This document shows, piece after piece, positions 23,716-37,869 of a stretch of DNA of 64,000 bases. Positions within the stretch are counted from its first letter, which is position 1, and every line of letters starts with the position of its first letter. A program made the translations under genes and the position numbers. The stretch is taken from assembly GCA_020137815.1 (NCBI GenBank), contig CM035350.1, positions 1,674,001 to 1,738,000 of the forward strand. The letters are read 5' to 3'. The DNA comes from Hormiphora californensis. Taxonomy: Eukaryota; Animalia; Ctenophora. Under the pieces are notes generated by a model, which did not search any database, had not been told where the DNA came from, and saw only the letters and a list, made by a program, of their open reading frames with translations.

Positions 23716-26444
23716 CTAACTCTTGAAAGCCACAACAGAGAATTGTCTCCCGGCAAAGACCCGGGCAGGAAACCCGGCCATGTCCTCAGCCCCCGGTACA
23801 TCAACCTTAACGGGGGTGCTCTCAACTCTGGTTCGTGTTACGCCATGTCTGTCCTCTCCTGTTACTAGACCCCACGTGTACACGTCACCTGTTGGAAAGA
23901 GGGGGCATTGATGTACCTGCAGGTATTACAGCTGCAGTACCCATTGAGTTCACAATACCCAGTGGGCTCGTGTCATGTTATTTACCATGCCCTAACGCTA
24001 CCCCGGGGCATGCTCCTAGCAACCCGGCTAGTTCCTACCTGCATCAGTTAGAGCGAGGCTGTGATCGTATCCAGCTGAGATATCGATAACTGGTGATCCC
24101 CCGAAACTATACCCTGCTGAGATGTGTTGAGTAAGGGGTACGAGAGTTACTCAACATGCTGGTTATGAGGGGTGGTTCAACCACTGCTGCAGTTGAAAAT
24201 CAAGGATTCATGACGTCACTGCTCGAATATTTTCTCTCTTGGCAATCAACAAGTTCTCTCAGACAGCCTGTCAGTTCATACGCCAATGCTCTGACAGCAG
24301 ACAGCTAGTTTACGCTAGTCAGCTAGTCTAGACTAGTCTCTGAGAAAACCTTTCGATTATGAAACTATGCTCTGAGTGGTCCTTCATAAAACTATCAAAA
24401 ACCTGAACACCCTAGCCATATTCAACGATGTCATGATTAGATGGATCCCGGCCCATCAAGGGTACGATGGAAACGAGATAGCAGACATCCTGGCAAAAAA
24501 AGGAGCTCAAGAAATCGAAGAAGTTACTCTCATACCAATTCCCAAAGCGGCAGCCTACGCAGCCCTCAGGGAAAAGGTTAAAACCGGACCCATCAAACAT
24601 ACCAAACATATGAACATGATGTGGACCGAAAGATATGAGAGACCTCTTCAAAAACTTAATAGATCAGACCTAAGGATGGCGACTCACCTACTCACAGGGC
24701 ACTGCCACCTGAACTATCACTTGAAAAAACTAAAGAAAGTCGAGACCACAACCTGTGCAGCATGTGGGATGGAAGACGAGACAATAAAGCATGTACTCAC
24801 TGAATGCCCCGCCCTCTGGAAACTCCGACAGGAATCCTTTGACAGGCTGGGCCTCAGCATGTACGAAATTAGACACCATCAACCCCTTAGAAAAACGATA
24901 TCGTTCTATAAGAAGGCGATGGATATACTTCACCCCCCAGAAACCACCCCTTAAAGGGAGGTTTCCCCTGTGACCTGGTATGGCACCAGCTCCCCAATTC
25001 CCATTGGGCCGAAGCAGCTGGCAACATACCAACCACTTCACCCAGGACGGGGAACGGGAGCCACATGGCACCCACCCCATACTGGCTAGTGCTTCGCACT
25101 AGCCAGCGTCCTCCCAGAAGAAGAAGAAGGTCCTTCATAACTACTAGTTAAACTAGCTACCTATTAATGTGAAAGTTTTCTTCCCCCACTTGCTTCCAAT
25201 CCCAAGTTTTCCATTTTCTCCGTCCCCTGTGCTCAATACTTGACCCGTGGCAGTCAGCAACATGGTCATGTCGTGACCCGGGCTTCCGCCACACTTCGCC
25301 TGAAACATTGAACAGATCTAGATTATACACCTGAATGGAAATCATTAGTTGTTCTGGAATGTCTGGCGTCACTAATCCGATCAAACAATCTAGAGAGTGT
25401 AGAAAGGCTGGCAATTTCTTATCGGCTGCAGCGTCTATAAGTATATAGTCGAATTTCCTGACATTAGTTTACCAATTTGATAGAATCCGGTAGATCCAGG
25501 GGTATAGGTTGGAGAACATCGTCTGAACTGCCAGTACCAAGTTGACCCCGGGATCCAGACCCACACACAAAGAGCTCTCCATCACTGGATACCAGAGCTG
25601 TGTTATCATACCCTGCTGTGACCGATACTATCTCAGTGAACGGTAGTGTATTGACCACTGTGGGTTCTACCCTTCCCTCTCTATCGCCGTGACCTTGTGG
25701 GGAGGAAGATTGGTGAGGTTGTGGTGTAGATTCTACACTGTAGAACCACGGGTGACCTAGTGGGGTTCCCGAGCGGTATATACCGACTACCGAGCGGTAT
25801 ACTGTGGCAGTACTGCCACTGATAATACCACGTATCCCCGGGGCTTATACAATATACTGTCTTTCTCTCTCTCTCTAGTTGGATACCTGGTGTTGCTACT
25901 ACAAGTATACCTAGACGGGTGACCGGTCATGACTCTCTCGAGTCTCGGTAAGTTGGTCATCCATTTGTCTAGTTGACAAATGGGTGACCGAGAGGTAGTA
26001 GTGAGTAATAGAGGCTGGTAGTCAGTAGACTACGAGTCGGAGTGTCAGTAAATACCTAAACATCCGTGATCCCCTTTTCCCCAAGAATAAACCTGCCCCT
26101 CATTCGTACACAGCACAGAGTAGCCGTGACCAGCACACAGATGACGTACTTTGATTCTGCAACGAAGTTGTGTGGACTAGTGGGAACTCAAATGAAAGAA
26201 CCAGGAGGCTTGTTGAGTAACAAAAATATCTGGCTGACCCAATCTGAGAATCAAAACGGGGTCTGTCAGGAGTATTACCCGTTAAGTGAGCTGATGACAT
26301 GTGGTTTGTCCCGGTGTGTAGTGATATAGGTCCCCTCATACAGCTAGTTAGGTAGTGCGTTCCACTGCAGCTCATCAGGCTATCTCGGGCAACACTTCCC
26401 TGCTGTTTTGTACCACACTCGTTACTAAACAGCTTTAGACGACT
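23716..26444 (-). CDS. RCC1-repeat (beta-propeller) protein, multi-exon; 5' end unresolved and may extend to about 27.6 kb
   Basis: Exons encode LCAGHGYSVLCTNEGQVYSWGKGDHGCLG (~26055-26190), VSVTAGYDNTALVSSDGELFVCGSGSRGQLGTG (~25472-25695), ISAGYDHSLALTDAG (~24040-24115) and DVYTWG...VFAGRQFSVVAFKS* (stop at 23716). Confidence 0.75.
24370..25129 (+). mobile_element. 5'-truncated RNase H-bearing non-LTR retrotransposon (R1/LOA/I group)
   Basis: ORF 24376-24954: WIPAHQGYDGNEIADILAK (RNase H C-terminus), LLTGHCHLNYHL and CAACGMEDETIKHVLTECP zinc knuckle; 3' hairpin tggctagtgcttcgcactagcca and (AAG)n tail; inside an intron of the RCC1 gene. Confidence 0.85.
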
Positions 26445-27175
26445 GGGAGGGAGTTAGTGGGGAGGGAGTAGTGGGGAGGGAGTTTTGGGGAAGGGAGTTT
26501 TGAAGATGGAGTTTTGGGGAGGGAGAGCCCCCGAGGGAGAATTGAAAGTTTTCAGTTGTAAATGTCCACATTCCACAAGTACTACTTGAACTTCAATGAG
26601 CCACAAGTATAATGCATTGTTGAGTAAGGGGAACCTTGGTCGCGCCAGGTGTCTATGTCACCAAAGGGGAACCCACCCCTTACTCAACAAATAATGCACG
26701 CTCTGTGTATGGTACCATATTGTCTCCTAGTCCTATAACAGACCTCAATATGGCTTTGGCCACCACGATTAATGCAATAATTCTCTTACTCCCTGCGGCT
26801 GCACTGCAGACCGGGGTACTGCTGCACAGTACTGAGTACTAAAGCTTTTAGCAATAGCATGTTCTAGCATTCTCGTCCAGAGGAGAGACTCACTTGTGCT
26901 CTCCTTCTACAACGATCAGAGTCTCCCCAGATAGGTCCATTAAGTGGCACTTGTAGGGAAGTGGGGGAGGTTCCATAGAGACGGTACTGCGACGTCGGTT
27001 GAGGGAGGGTGCTGCCACACTTTCCCTCCTCCCTCCACATTGAGGGGGTTTGGGGCCAGCAACACTCTGACGCCGACCACCATGAGGGGTACTCGATCCA
27101 GGGACTAGCCTGGGGAGGGGACAGGGGTGAGGCGGGGTGATATTTACTGTTATACATGGGATAGAGTACTAAAAT

Positions 27176-27217
27176 CAGGAGCTCTCGGCTGATCTATGTC
27201 AGTCGTCTTCAACAGCT
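27176..27217 (-). ncRNA. Degenerate second copy of the hammerhead motif at 8401
   Basis: TTGAAGA-C-GACTGA(CATAGA)TCAGCC-GAGAGCTC-CTG; both core boxes are mutated. Confidence 0.45.
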
Positions 27218-29010
27218 GAATCAGCTGTCTTACCAGTTCCCAGTCTCAAACTTCATCATGCAACCAGTCATGTAATACATAACTAGGCGACATGGTTATT
27301 GGGCAAAGTTGTTATTGAAAGAGTCTTTGATGAGCTGTCTTGTTGAGTAGAAACAGTTAAAAGAGCTCTCAAGACTGAGAGTGAGAGGAAGTATTTGCCT
27401 TGCTTAACCATCTCCTTTGTAAAAAGAACACAAAAATACACATACGATTGTTTCCGAGTGCTGTGTGAAGGGATGGTGACTCGTCTCCCGCTGTACCACT
27501 GAGATAGGGGCGGCTGTCCTATAAAGACCAAATCAAACATCCGATCACAATCACCCTTCTCAATATGAGATTATATGAAAACAATATATCACAGTTGAGA
27601 GATAGAAACTGAAAGCAAGGGTCAGAGTCAGCGCTATAGTATCGTGAGGAGTTTTCCATCTCCCACTCACCCTCCTTGCTGGGGGGTCCTCTCACAACCT
27701 AAGAGAGGATAGGAGACGATACGGATCATAGAGAACTCTAGATATAGAGATCGAGATAGAGAGGAGATAGATAGAGAGAGAGAGAGAGAGTAGTTCTCGA
27801 TCTCTCTCGCTCTTTGATCGTCTTGCTATTCATCTGCTTGCCCTCGTCGCTCTCCCTTCCTTGCCCTCTCTCCTCTGCTCTCTCTTCCTCTTGCTCTCTT
27901 TCTCTCCTTCGCGCCTCGTCTGCTCTCTCCCCGCTCTCGTCTCCTTCCCGCCCGCCTCTCCCTCCTTCTTTCTCTCCTTCGTCGCCTCTCCCTCTCCTTT
28001 CTTCCTGCTCTTTTTCTCGCTTTGCTCTCTCTCTTTCTCTTTTTCTCTGCTCTCCTTCGCTCTCTCTCTCGCTCGCCTCTCTCTCTCTCTCTCGCTCTCT
28101 TCTTGCGCTCTCGCATCCCTCTCTTCCCTCTCTCCCTCGCTCCGCTCGCGCCCTCTCGCTCCCCTGCTCCCTGCCCCGCTCGCGCTCTGGCTCCCTGTGT
28201 TCTCCCGGTTTCTTGTTCCGCCTCCTGCGCCCCGTTACGCTCTCTCTCGCCCCCCTCCCTTCTCTCTCTCTGCTCTATTCTTGTCCTGCCTTGGCCTCTT
28301 GTTGTTTTATTTTCTCACCCAGACAATATCTAGATACTGTCATTATTACTGAGACAGTAGCACAACACGATATCACGTTGTTGTAAGAAAGTCAGGAGGG
28401 GGCCGAATGCTCTGATAGGAGCAGTTGCTTTTAGAATTTGGGCATTATACTGGAGTGCAGATTCGGGGGGTGCGGTGTGTGGTGGGGCTGGGGGTCGTTG
28501 GATTAGGTAATTGCGGGTGTGTATGTTAGTGAGGAGTCTCGGGAAAGTAAAGGGTGGGTGGTGAGGGAACTGATGTGTGGGGTGGTGGATTGAGTGAAAA
28601 GGGGGGGGGAGAGTGGGGTGGTGTGTGGTTAGGGGGGGGTGTAGTGGGGGGTGGTGCGTGGAGGAGGGGGGTGTGTTGAGGGTGGGTTGGTTGTGGGTTT
28701 TGGTTGGGGGAGGATAGGGGGGGGGGTATGAGTGCTTGGGGGGCTGTTTCATGGGGTGGGAGAGGAGTTGTAGGAGTTGCGGAGTAAGTAGTGTGGAATG
28801 GAGCTCTTCTCTCGTTCTTTCATTGTTGTGTAGTCGTGTTTATTTAGGCTTTGCCCTGGTGTGCTTCTCTCCTCCGTTGTTTTGTAAAACGGCCACGGCG
28901 GGGCCACACATGTGTGCACAGCTGTGCAGAACAAAATGTGTTGACTCACAACAAGGGTTGACAGGCTGTCCCCCCTCGCAGCTGTGTAGTGTGCGATTTC
29001 TCAATTCTAC

Positions 29011-29195
29011 TAGGGACAGTATACAGGGACAGTGCAGGGACAGTACACAGGGACAACTACAGTACACAGGGACAGTACACAGGGAAAGTACACAGGGACA
29101 ACTACAGTACACAGGGACAGTACAGGGACAGTGCACAGGGACAGTGCAGGGACAGTACACAGGGACAATGCACACTGTGTAGAGACAGTGCAGGG
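29011..29195. repeat. Degenerate minisatellite based on CAGTACACAGGGA
   Basis: Direct reading. Confidence 0.85.
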
Positions 29196-30739
29196 TTCAG
29201 TCAAAGTAATGGTACTTTATTGAGTTATTACAGTTCGTCTGGGGTCCGGGTGTAATGTGTATAATATTGCTGAGTAACTCAACAAGTTTATAGGACATGT
29301 AATCCGGGCCAGACAGGTTTTACCAAGATATATAAAGACGGTATTTTCAATGCTTGTAAATAATCTGTGTATTATTAACAAAATAGTACAGAGAATTCCA
29401 CACTAGGAACATGTACAAGATATCATGCACTCTCATGGGTCACACTTTGTCACTCTTTCGTCCCTATCTTTCTCTAAATGAAAACGTATATATTGCGCTC
29501 AAAATCTTAAATAATATCCGTCTCACAGTTTTACTATGGAATTAAATTAGAGATCACTCGAAAAACAGTTAACTCATGTTTCGAATGAAATTAGTTATGG
29601 TACTATGGTGTGACAATCACATATCATGTGGCTACTGTTGTACTGCCAGTACTGTTGTTGAGTTCCCACACACGTGATCATCATCAGGTCGGTATTGCCA
29701 GACAAAACTTTCACTTTCACAGATGTGTCAAAAGAGAGTGATATATAATTCCTTACATATAATTAGGTGTGTGTAAAATGCATCCGACCAGGGATAGGAT
29801 CCTGCCAGTTAGGGTAAAAATTAAAAAAGGAGAACAAATCAGACCATAACATAAAGTCGATTTTTTAAACCCTTCATTTACCATGTGACACGCAACCTAT
29901 TATTTACATGTCGGCTATTATACCATCCCTTTATCTCATTCAATGGAAACTAAATTCTTCGAACTAACATTTTACATAAATTATTTTCTTTCTGGTCATA
30001 TGCCATTTACGCAACAACAAAAAACACAACCAGAAAGCAAATAATTTATGGAGTCTGTAAAACTTTAGTTTGAGGAATTTGGTTGAGAAACAATAAAAGG
30101 ATGAAGGCCAAAAGAAGCTCAAATCAAGTTCCGACCCGCAAACAATATATATCACGTGTCACATGGTTGGAAGATAATTTTGAAAAAATCCGACTTTACT
30201 ATCACATTCCGAGCATGGCCCGCAAAAATAATTGAAGGTCGAATTAATAAAGTGTTCTCTCGACACACACATAAATACAAGACACACGTGCTGGCTACTT
30301 CCAGAGCGCAAAGTTATTCTCCAAAACACACACGTCACAGACGTATTCCCTGTAACAAACACATTGGGCCGTTATGAAACACTTGTTGGGATCAGTGCTA
30401 CATATAGTTTGGCAAGATGAATCCTCTCTCTCTCAATATCGAGTTTTACATGGCAAGCTTAGGTCGTACACAGCTGGTTATAACCATGTTCTATCTCTCA
30501 CAGGTGTGTACATGTAAAACTTGAAACACAATATATTGCACGTGTAGATGGGGACGTGATAAAAGCTAATTAGCAGTAATAAGTGAATAAAAGTTCCTTA
30601 GTATACAGATCATATCATACACAATTATGATTAGTGTTCATGATGCCAGTACTGTTAATCTTTTTACAATCATGACTCGCGTGTCTCAGCTGATATTCCT
30701 CATCACACCGGATTCCTTCACAGTTCACACAGACTTCCT

Positions 30740-33700
30740 TCATACGGGCTTGCTAGTTACCATTGAGGCTGCCACTGCTGGAGTGTGATTGAAACTGAAA
30801 CAGGGGGTATTATTAGGTGACGTTATGCCAGGCTGAAATGGTCTTGACTTGGCAAAAAAAGTTGTTTCAGGTAGCTGTCAACTGCATTACGTAGTCTTTG
30901 TAAAGTACTAGACAGGGTATAAAGATATATTATATTACTTTGTGTTGGGGTGTTGCATGCTGAGTGAGGCGAGTGCGGTAATGGTATCCACCTCCTCTTG
31001 GTCTCGTTTTACTGCATCATAAACACTCAGTGAGACGTTGTTCAGGAAGTGACCAAACTGCCAGTGCCGTCCTGGGAGAGGTAGAGGGTGTTAGGGGAAT
31101 AGAGGGAGGGAGGAAGGGAGGAAGGGTCGTTGGGAAATATATAGATAGTATAGAGGGAAGGTAGTTGAACATGCGGTGATATGTTATCATATAATTCAAC
31201 AAGCATGAGCATATGAATCGTTTAGCTTGCTATGTGGCAGTAGGATGTCTCAGGAAGTGGTTGATGGGGAAATGAGTCACGGCAAATACTATTTCGTTAG
31301 AAATATCAGACTGTGCAGTGATTTAAAAGATTATTAACTCACGGTGAATGGTGATGCACTCCTCGATTGCTTTCACTGCATAGAAGTTGGGGGCACACTT
31401 CAGGCTCCGTGCTGGTAAATGTGTGATGGGTTCCCCCAGCAGGGACCGTGCACACATCTCACAGGCCTGGGACAGGGACACCAGGTTACTTCCTCCCTCC
31501 AGTGCTAGAACGATTCGACCCTCAGCCAGCCTTCCTAGTTCCTGGGTCATGAATGCAAAACATTCTGCCGTGACGTTGTATCCATCTGAGCCGCCCATTG
31601 CGTTGAACCCAGCCGAGACTAGGACTATCTCGGGACAAAACTGTTCCGCCACTGGTTTTATAACACATCTGCGGGATTGGAAATTATTTTACTGTTCATG
31701 GAGAGAGCTTGAACAATAACAAAGGTAAACTGCATGTTCCTAATCAGTTTTCAGTTGTGTACCTGAAGGCAGCGAGATACTCTGGATCACCAAAATCAGC
31801 TCCCTTAGAAGCCCCGGAGAAAGGGATATTAATGTTGTACCCCTTGCCATCTCCAGCACCCTCACAGGACGCATGTCCAGTACCGGGGAAGAAGGCTCCG
31901 TTGTCATGACGATGAATGTTAACAACCAGGACTTTAGGGTCGTTGTAGAAGGCCTGCTGTAACCCACAACCATGGTGTAAATCCTGAGAGGGTTGATACT
32001 GTTAGCAGTGTGTCATGATGGTTATCTTCCTATGCAATGATTAGTGATTAGTATGTAAAACTCTCTGATAAATGTCTCTGACCAATCTTACCCAATCGAC
32101 GACTAGAACTCGGCTGGCGATCTTCTGAGTGGTTAGATATTTGGCAGCCACTGCGACACTGTTAAAATAGCACCCGTGTCTCGCATCACTTCTTTCCGCG
32201 AGGTGACCGGGCGGTCTAACCAACCCAAACCCGTTCTTTAGCTCTCCCTGTGCCACTTTACAGGCTAGTTCGATTATAGATCCGGCAGCTACCCGGGCAG
32301 CGTTAGGTGAATAAGTTTCATTCCAAACAGTCTGATCATCTTTACCAATACCACCACATTTGAGGGTTACCAAATCGTCTGCTTCTGTGGAGGGGGTGAT
32401 AAGTGTTTAACTAAGTGTCGCTTAGGGTGGTGTTTAATGGCTACAGAAAGAAGTCGGTGGGTGGTGGATCTAGACGTTACGTATTCCAATATTACAAGAA
32501 AGATATTTTCATTAACTGCTGGTGAGACTGATAATGGGTACTCCTAAACTCTACCCCACTATAATTATAGTAGAGGGCATCACTAATAACTTACCATCGG
32601 GAGTGGTGTCTTTACCCCTCCCTCCCCCGTATCTACAGACATGATCACGACTGTGTATCAACTCCAATTCCTCATCCAGCGCTTTCCGTTTCTTCAGCCG
32701 TGTGCATCGTCCCACTACCCCGGTCTCGGTGAGGCGGGCCCAAACACTGCTCAGCCTTCCCGGACTCTCCGGGTGTATGACAGGGTTGGGGCACGTGCAC
32801 ACGTGTTTTAACATGGCACTGTCGTATACCAGACCAGTCCGGGGCTCCCCGGGGGTGGATACTGACATTGAAACCTCTCCTAGTGCTTGTACGTTGGGGG
32901 CTGACTGGGACACTGAAATGGGAGGGGAATTATGTGTTAAGATACTGAAATGGGAGGGGGATTAGGTGGTGAGAACAGTTGTGAAGAAGCATCTAGGAGA
33001 CCTGACACTCGATTAATTGACTACATGGGAGGCAAGAGAGGGGGAAAGGTAACGGGGGAAAGGTAACGGGGGAGAGGGTTAGAAAATGTAACTTACATAT
33101 AGCACGTGATCCGGGGTTGTACTGTCCGAAGGCTGAGTTGAGTTTCATACCCCCGGGTGTACCAGCGGAAGCGACTGCATTTGCTGCAGATCTCTGGAGC
33201 ATTAGAAGGTGTTCCGCCTGGCTGGCTGCTTGGAGCTGCTCTTGGTGTTTTTTAAGAAGAAGTTCTGCTTGTTTCGAGTTGTAGAAATCCTGTGAGAGGG
33301 AGAACATTACATGGGGTAAACACTTTTCATTTGTAACTCATTTCCCCACTTGGTTAAACCATGCGAGTTTATCGAATCACTGCACTTGTTAACCATTTCA
33401 GTGATTCGATAAACTCGAACATAATTTCACTATAACTACTTACCAGAGGACTGACGGCAACAGCAGCGGCAGCAGCTTGGTGACTCTGGCTGATCATAGT
33501 GCTCACAATGTGGTCTGTAACAGCCAAATCAGCACTCTTGTCGTAGTATAACTTTCTCAACATTACCTGAGAGAGAGGGGGATTATATTTACCGATTCTA
33601 TCTCCTTCTCATAAAAACTTCCTTCTCATAAAAACTTCTCGATAAAAACTGTTTTTCAACTCACCTCTTTCTGTCGAAGAGTATCGATTTCTTTAAAGAT

Positions 33701-35359
33701 GCGTTCCTGTTGTTTCATCAATGATTTGTGTTGTTCTTTTACCTCCTCCTGCTCTTGTGATATCTGCTGGAGCTGGGCTAACGTCGTCTGGGGAGAATGA
33801 CACATGTTAGTTTTACTAGCCCTGTCTATATGAGGAGAAACATGTTAAATTACAAATATTCCCGTTAAAAAGTTTATAAAGAGGGGGCATATTATCATCT
33901 CAGTATGTTACCTGTGCGTACTCCAAAACATTTTTCGCTTCGTTCCGTTCTGCGTGTGTACTAATGAGTCCTCCATTGGTGAACTGGGGGAAGGATCGAC
34001 TGGCGTGGGAGAAGGGAGAGAACATGCTTGGTTCTGGCATCCTGACACCCTTTAGCAGCTCCTGATTCCGCCATATCTCAGCATTCCTCTCCATGGAGTC
34101 ACCACCGTTAATTAGTTTAGCAAGGCTCGGGTAGAAGGATGTGAAGGATGAGTGGTCTATAGAGGGCTCCTTTCTCAGCGTCCTCATAGGAACATCTTCG
34201 GGGGAAATCTGGGGGAAAATGAATAATTTATAAGAGAACATAGCTGGCGAGTTATTAACTCTTATTATTATTATTAACTCTTTTAAATGGACACAACCAA
34301 CGTCATAAAACTATCAGTTATAGATTGTACCTAATTCTCTATCAAACTAACCAGCTTTGCTTTCTCAGCCATCTCCATATTAGCTATATTCTTCATGTTT
34401 GGTAGAGATTTGAAGAAGCTAGACTCCAATTTAGGGAACTTGAAGGGAGGAGAATAGTTAACACCCCCTCCTCCACTACCACCACTCCCACCAGTAACCA
34501 TGTCCTCCACTGTAGAGGGTGCCCTCTCCCTCAGACTCGGGGGGATATCCTTCCGGGGAGAGAACGCACTTGAGAATGTGGCAGATCGAGAAAATGCTGG
34601 TGGTCGGTCGTTCAGTTTGGCTCGGAGTCTGGATTTCACTTTGATGTTCGGTTCACTTGTTGCTTTCCGGAGATTGCTTATCGAGGGAGCCCTGTGTGGG
34701 GAGGAGAATTAGTTACACGAAACATGATTAAAACATGATTAAAACACACAACATTGCCATGATTGTGTCATGTGCCTAAACCCAGACACCAGGTCTGGTA
34801 AAACGCGCGCGCAACATGAGATCAAATGACCGTGAAACATGCGCGCGAGTTTATCACCCAAAACGTGTCGGCGCGTTCCATCCCATATCGGAAATAAATG
34901 CCCCCTCGGCCTTCTTTCTCTCAGATGCATCAGAATCTTGTATCGTGACTCCCCCTCTCTTTCTCTCTCTCTCTCTCTCTCGTCCATTTTAACAGGGGTA
35001 TTAAATGTATAGAATGGTACCACAGTGTCGTCCACTTAGTTTTAAGACTCACTATTATCAGATCACTGTTTAAAATACTCTCCGTGCCAGCTGCTCAAGA
35101 GAGGGAGAGAGAGAGAGAGATGGAGTTGTGTGCGGTCTTACTTCACGGACCACACATCTCAATTCTAAAAATAGAAATTTGGCACTATCACTCAATTGAA
35201 GGGGGACAATTCTCTCGTAGAAAGAACTTATCGTGTGTGCGTGCATTACTAAGTTGTAAGGTTTGATGTCTGTACAAGAACATTAGGCTGAGCTGATGAA
35301 ATCATTCAAAGCTAGGGAGAGGGTCGGGGAGGAGTTAAAGGATCTTAAAAGAGATAGAG

Positions 35360-35408
<49 letters not shown>

Positions 35409-36861
35409 GAGCGACAGTTTCAGATTGACATTCGAAGTAGGACATGAGCTAAAAATATAACTTTGAGCAGTTGAAACGAGACAATTTGTCACGATAGGAG
35501 ATGAAGAAAGAGGGAGAGATAGAGGGAGAGATAGAGGGAGAGATAGAGCGAGTGAGAAAGAGAGAGAGGGGTCTGAGGTAAAGCGAGGGATAGATAAAGA
35601 GATACATAGGTATAGAGATAGAGATAGAGGGGAGCCAAATAGAGAAAAAAAGAGAAAGAAAGTGATTGAGAGAGATAAAACCCTCAGTAAAAGAAATCTT
35701 AAGTTTTCAAAAAAAGTTTTCACGGGTTTTCACCTAAAGAATGGAGTGGTAACGCCCTTTATCCAAGTAAGCGGAGAGGGGGAGGTTGGACTTAACTATG
35801 TCATGCAAGGGATCGATTATACCATTTACGAGAAGCTAAAATTAACACTCCGCTGCCAAGATTAAGGAACATTTTCTTCCAAATCTCTCACCCCCCCCCT
35901 CTCTCTCTCTCTCTCTCTCTTTTCCTCTCTGAGATCCCCACTCTTAACATATCACTTCCCCGCCAAGAGGGATCAATGAAATACTTTTCTTTACCGCCAC
36001 AAGAGAGATGGTAACTGCATTCTTGCAGTTGTCGACCAACTACTATACTACTTTTATAATCTCCCTGCACTCTCCCAGTGAATTACGTTATAACAAAAGA
36101 TCCTGTATAACTCCTCCCCACCACCCCATGCGATGACACAACTTGCACTGTGTGTTGTCATTGATAATTACGGAAATGTGTAATCGTCACTTTTGCTCTC
36201 ACATAATATATAATGTAGATCTTTCTGCAACAATGACCCCGCATCATCTCTCTATATTACTCACACGAAGAATTGAGACCCCCCACCACCCCTCCACCAA
36301 AACCCCTCCCCCACCACCCCTCCACCAACACCCCTCCCCCACTCCCAACACCTCACTACTAAACATACCATGGTTGAAAGGGGTTCCCGGGTTTATCTCC
36401 ACTGAACGCCTCTGCAACGGTCCTCTTTTTGATAAAGTTCCGGAGTCTCTGCGTCGTTTCCTCATGGCTGATCTTCGCTTCCTCCGCTGTCGGTGTAGTT
36501 GAACTTACCGGCCCTTTCTCTGCTGGAGAGATATAGGTTAGTATTATGTTAAAAGGTAGAAAAATGTAAATTTCTACAAAGAACGGAAACACTTACCGGC
36601 GGTAGAAGATGGATGAGTGGGGACTGGTGAACTCCGGACCTTAGCGAGCGGAGACTGCTTTATCGCAGATCGTTGGGGAGGTGGCAACAGCGGGTGCTGA
36701 TCGATTGTTTGCCGTGGGTGGGTCCTTTATAACCTCGGAGTTGATTCGAAGCTGGTGGGTAACTTCTTTCGGAGTGAAAATGTGCTTCTTGGTTTGCTCC
36801 TTTATCAGCATTGTCGGGGGAGGGGAAACCTGCTGCCGCTTAGCCAGCACATCCCCTGATT
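30740..36861 (-). CDS. Class IIa histone deacetylase (HDAC4/5/7/9 family), multi-exon, with a degenerate active site
   Basis: ISHEETTQRLRNFIK (MEF2-binding-like), LRKATSEPNIKVKSRLRAKL (14-3-3 site/NLS-like), TGLVYDSAMLKHVCTC...HPESPGRL, LKCGGIG, NGFGLVRPPGH, DWDLHHG, FFPGTG, SAGFNA, LEGG, C-terminal EEVDTITALASLSM (NES-like), stop at 30740. Candidate first exons at 37450-37465 and 40389-40416. Confidence 0.92.
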
Positions 36862-36901
36862 CTGGGGGGGGACAGAGTGTTAGATCATATATAGGAAGAC
36901 G

Positions 36902-36969
<68 letters not shown>

Positions 36970-37869
36970 CGAGAGAGATGAGAGAGAAAGAGCGAGCGAA
37001 AGGATCAGAGATCTCATCACGCCTCCGCGCTCGAGCGCTCTCTCGCTAGCGCTCTCGCTCGAGTCTCGCGCTCTCTCGAGAGAGCTCTCTGGTATCGCGC
37101 TCGATATACTATATTAGAGCAGAGCGGTAGTTTTACCCCCGGAACACAGTTGTGCACTAGTCGCGCTTAAAATAGAGCTACTTTCTGTCGAACTAGCACG
37201 CATTGACTTTCTCTATCATTTTTCTTTGCTCCTTCTCTCTTTCTCCCTCTTCCAGTGCTGCAACGCTTCAGACGCACGTCTGCAATAAACTCCACACATT
37301 CACACTCGTACAAAGCAGTGTCAAATTGTGCTTCCCAAACCCCAATAACTTTTCCCCCGAACACTCCCAATGTATTTCACACACATCACACTTGCTGTAA
37401 AACACACTCAAGTGGGTTTATATCACACAGCACACACCCTATCTCTTACCGCAGACAAGTAGCATTCTGATCTTTACGATGATCTCATTGTGTTCCTATT
37501 AGGGAGTCATTGTAGCAGGTGGGATGTATGCGGGGGTATGCGGGGGGGGGGGGGGGGGGGGTGTAGGAGAGGGGGCTCAGCGAGGGAGGAGGAGGGACTA
37601 CGGAGTTGTTGTGTGTACAGAGTTTGTATAATAAGGGTAGACGGAGAGAAAGAGTTGATTCATTCTAGAAGGAAAGGAAGAAAAACAGGATAAGTAGGAC
37701 TATAATACTTTGCAACATGTTTATTATATGGGAACACAACTCAAAGAAACCTAAATGTGTCTGAATGTAGTTTCTCGTATTACAAAATCCTACATTAAAT
37801 TTAGGGAGTCATAGAATTCAGAAGGTTCAACCCCATACAAGTTCACACAATACGATATGTCTAGGAACA

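Noticed and set aside
26740-27670. Possible upstream exons (perhaps F-box-like) of the RCC1 gene
   Set aside because: Splice-like signals exist but I could not build a consistent open frame.
27700-28850. Low-complexity ORFs (27814-28386, 28330-28752) and G-rich tract
   Set aside because: Translations of CT- and GT-rich noisy sequence; likely low-quality assembly.
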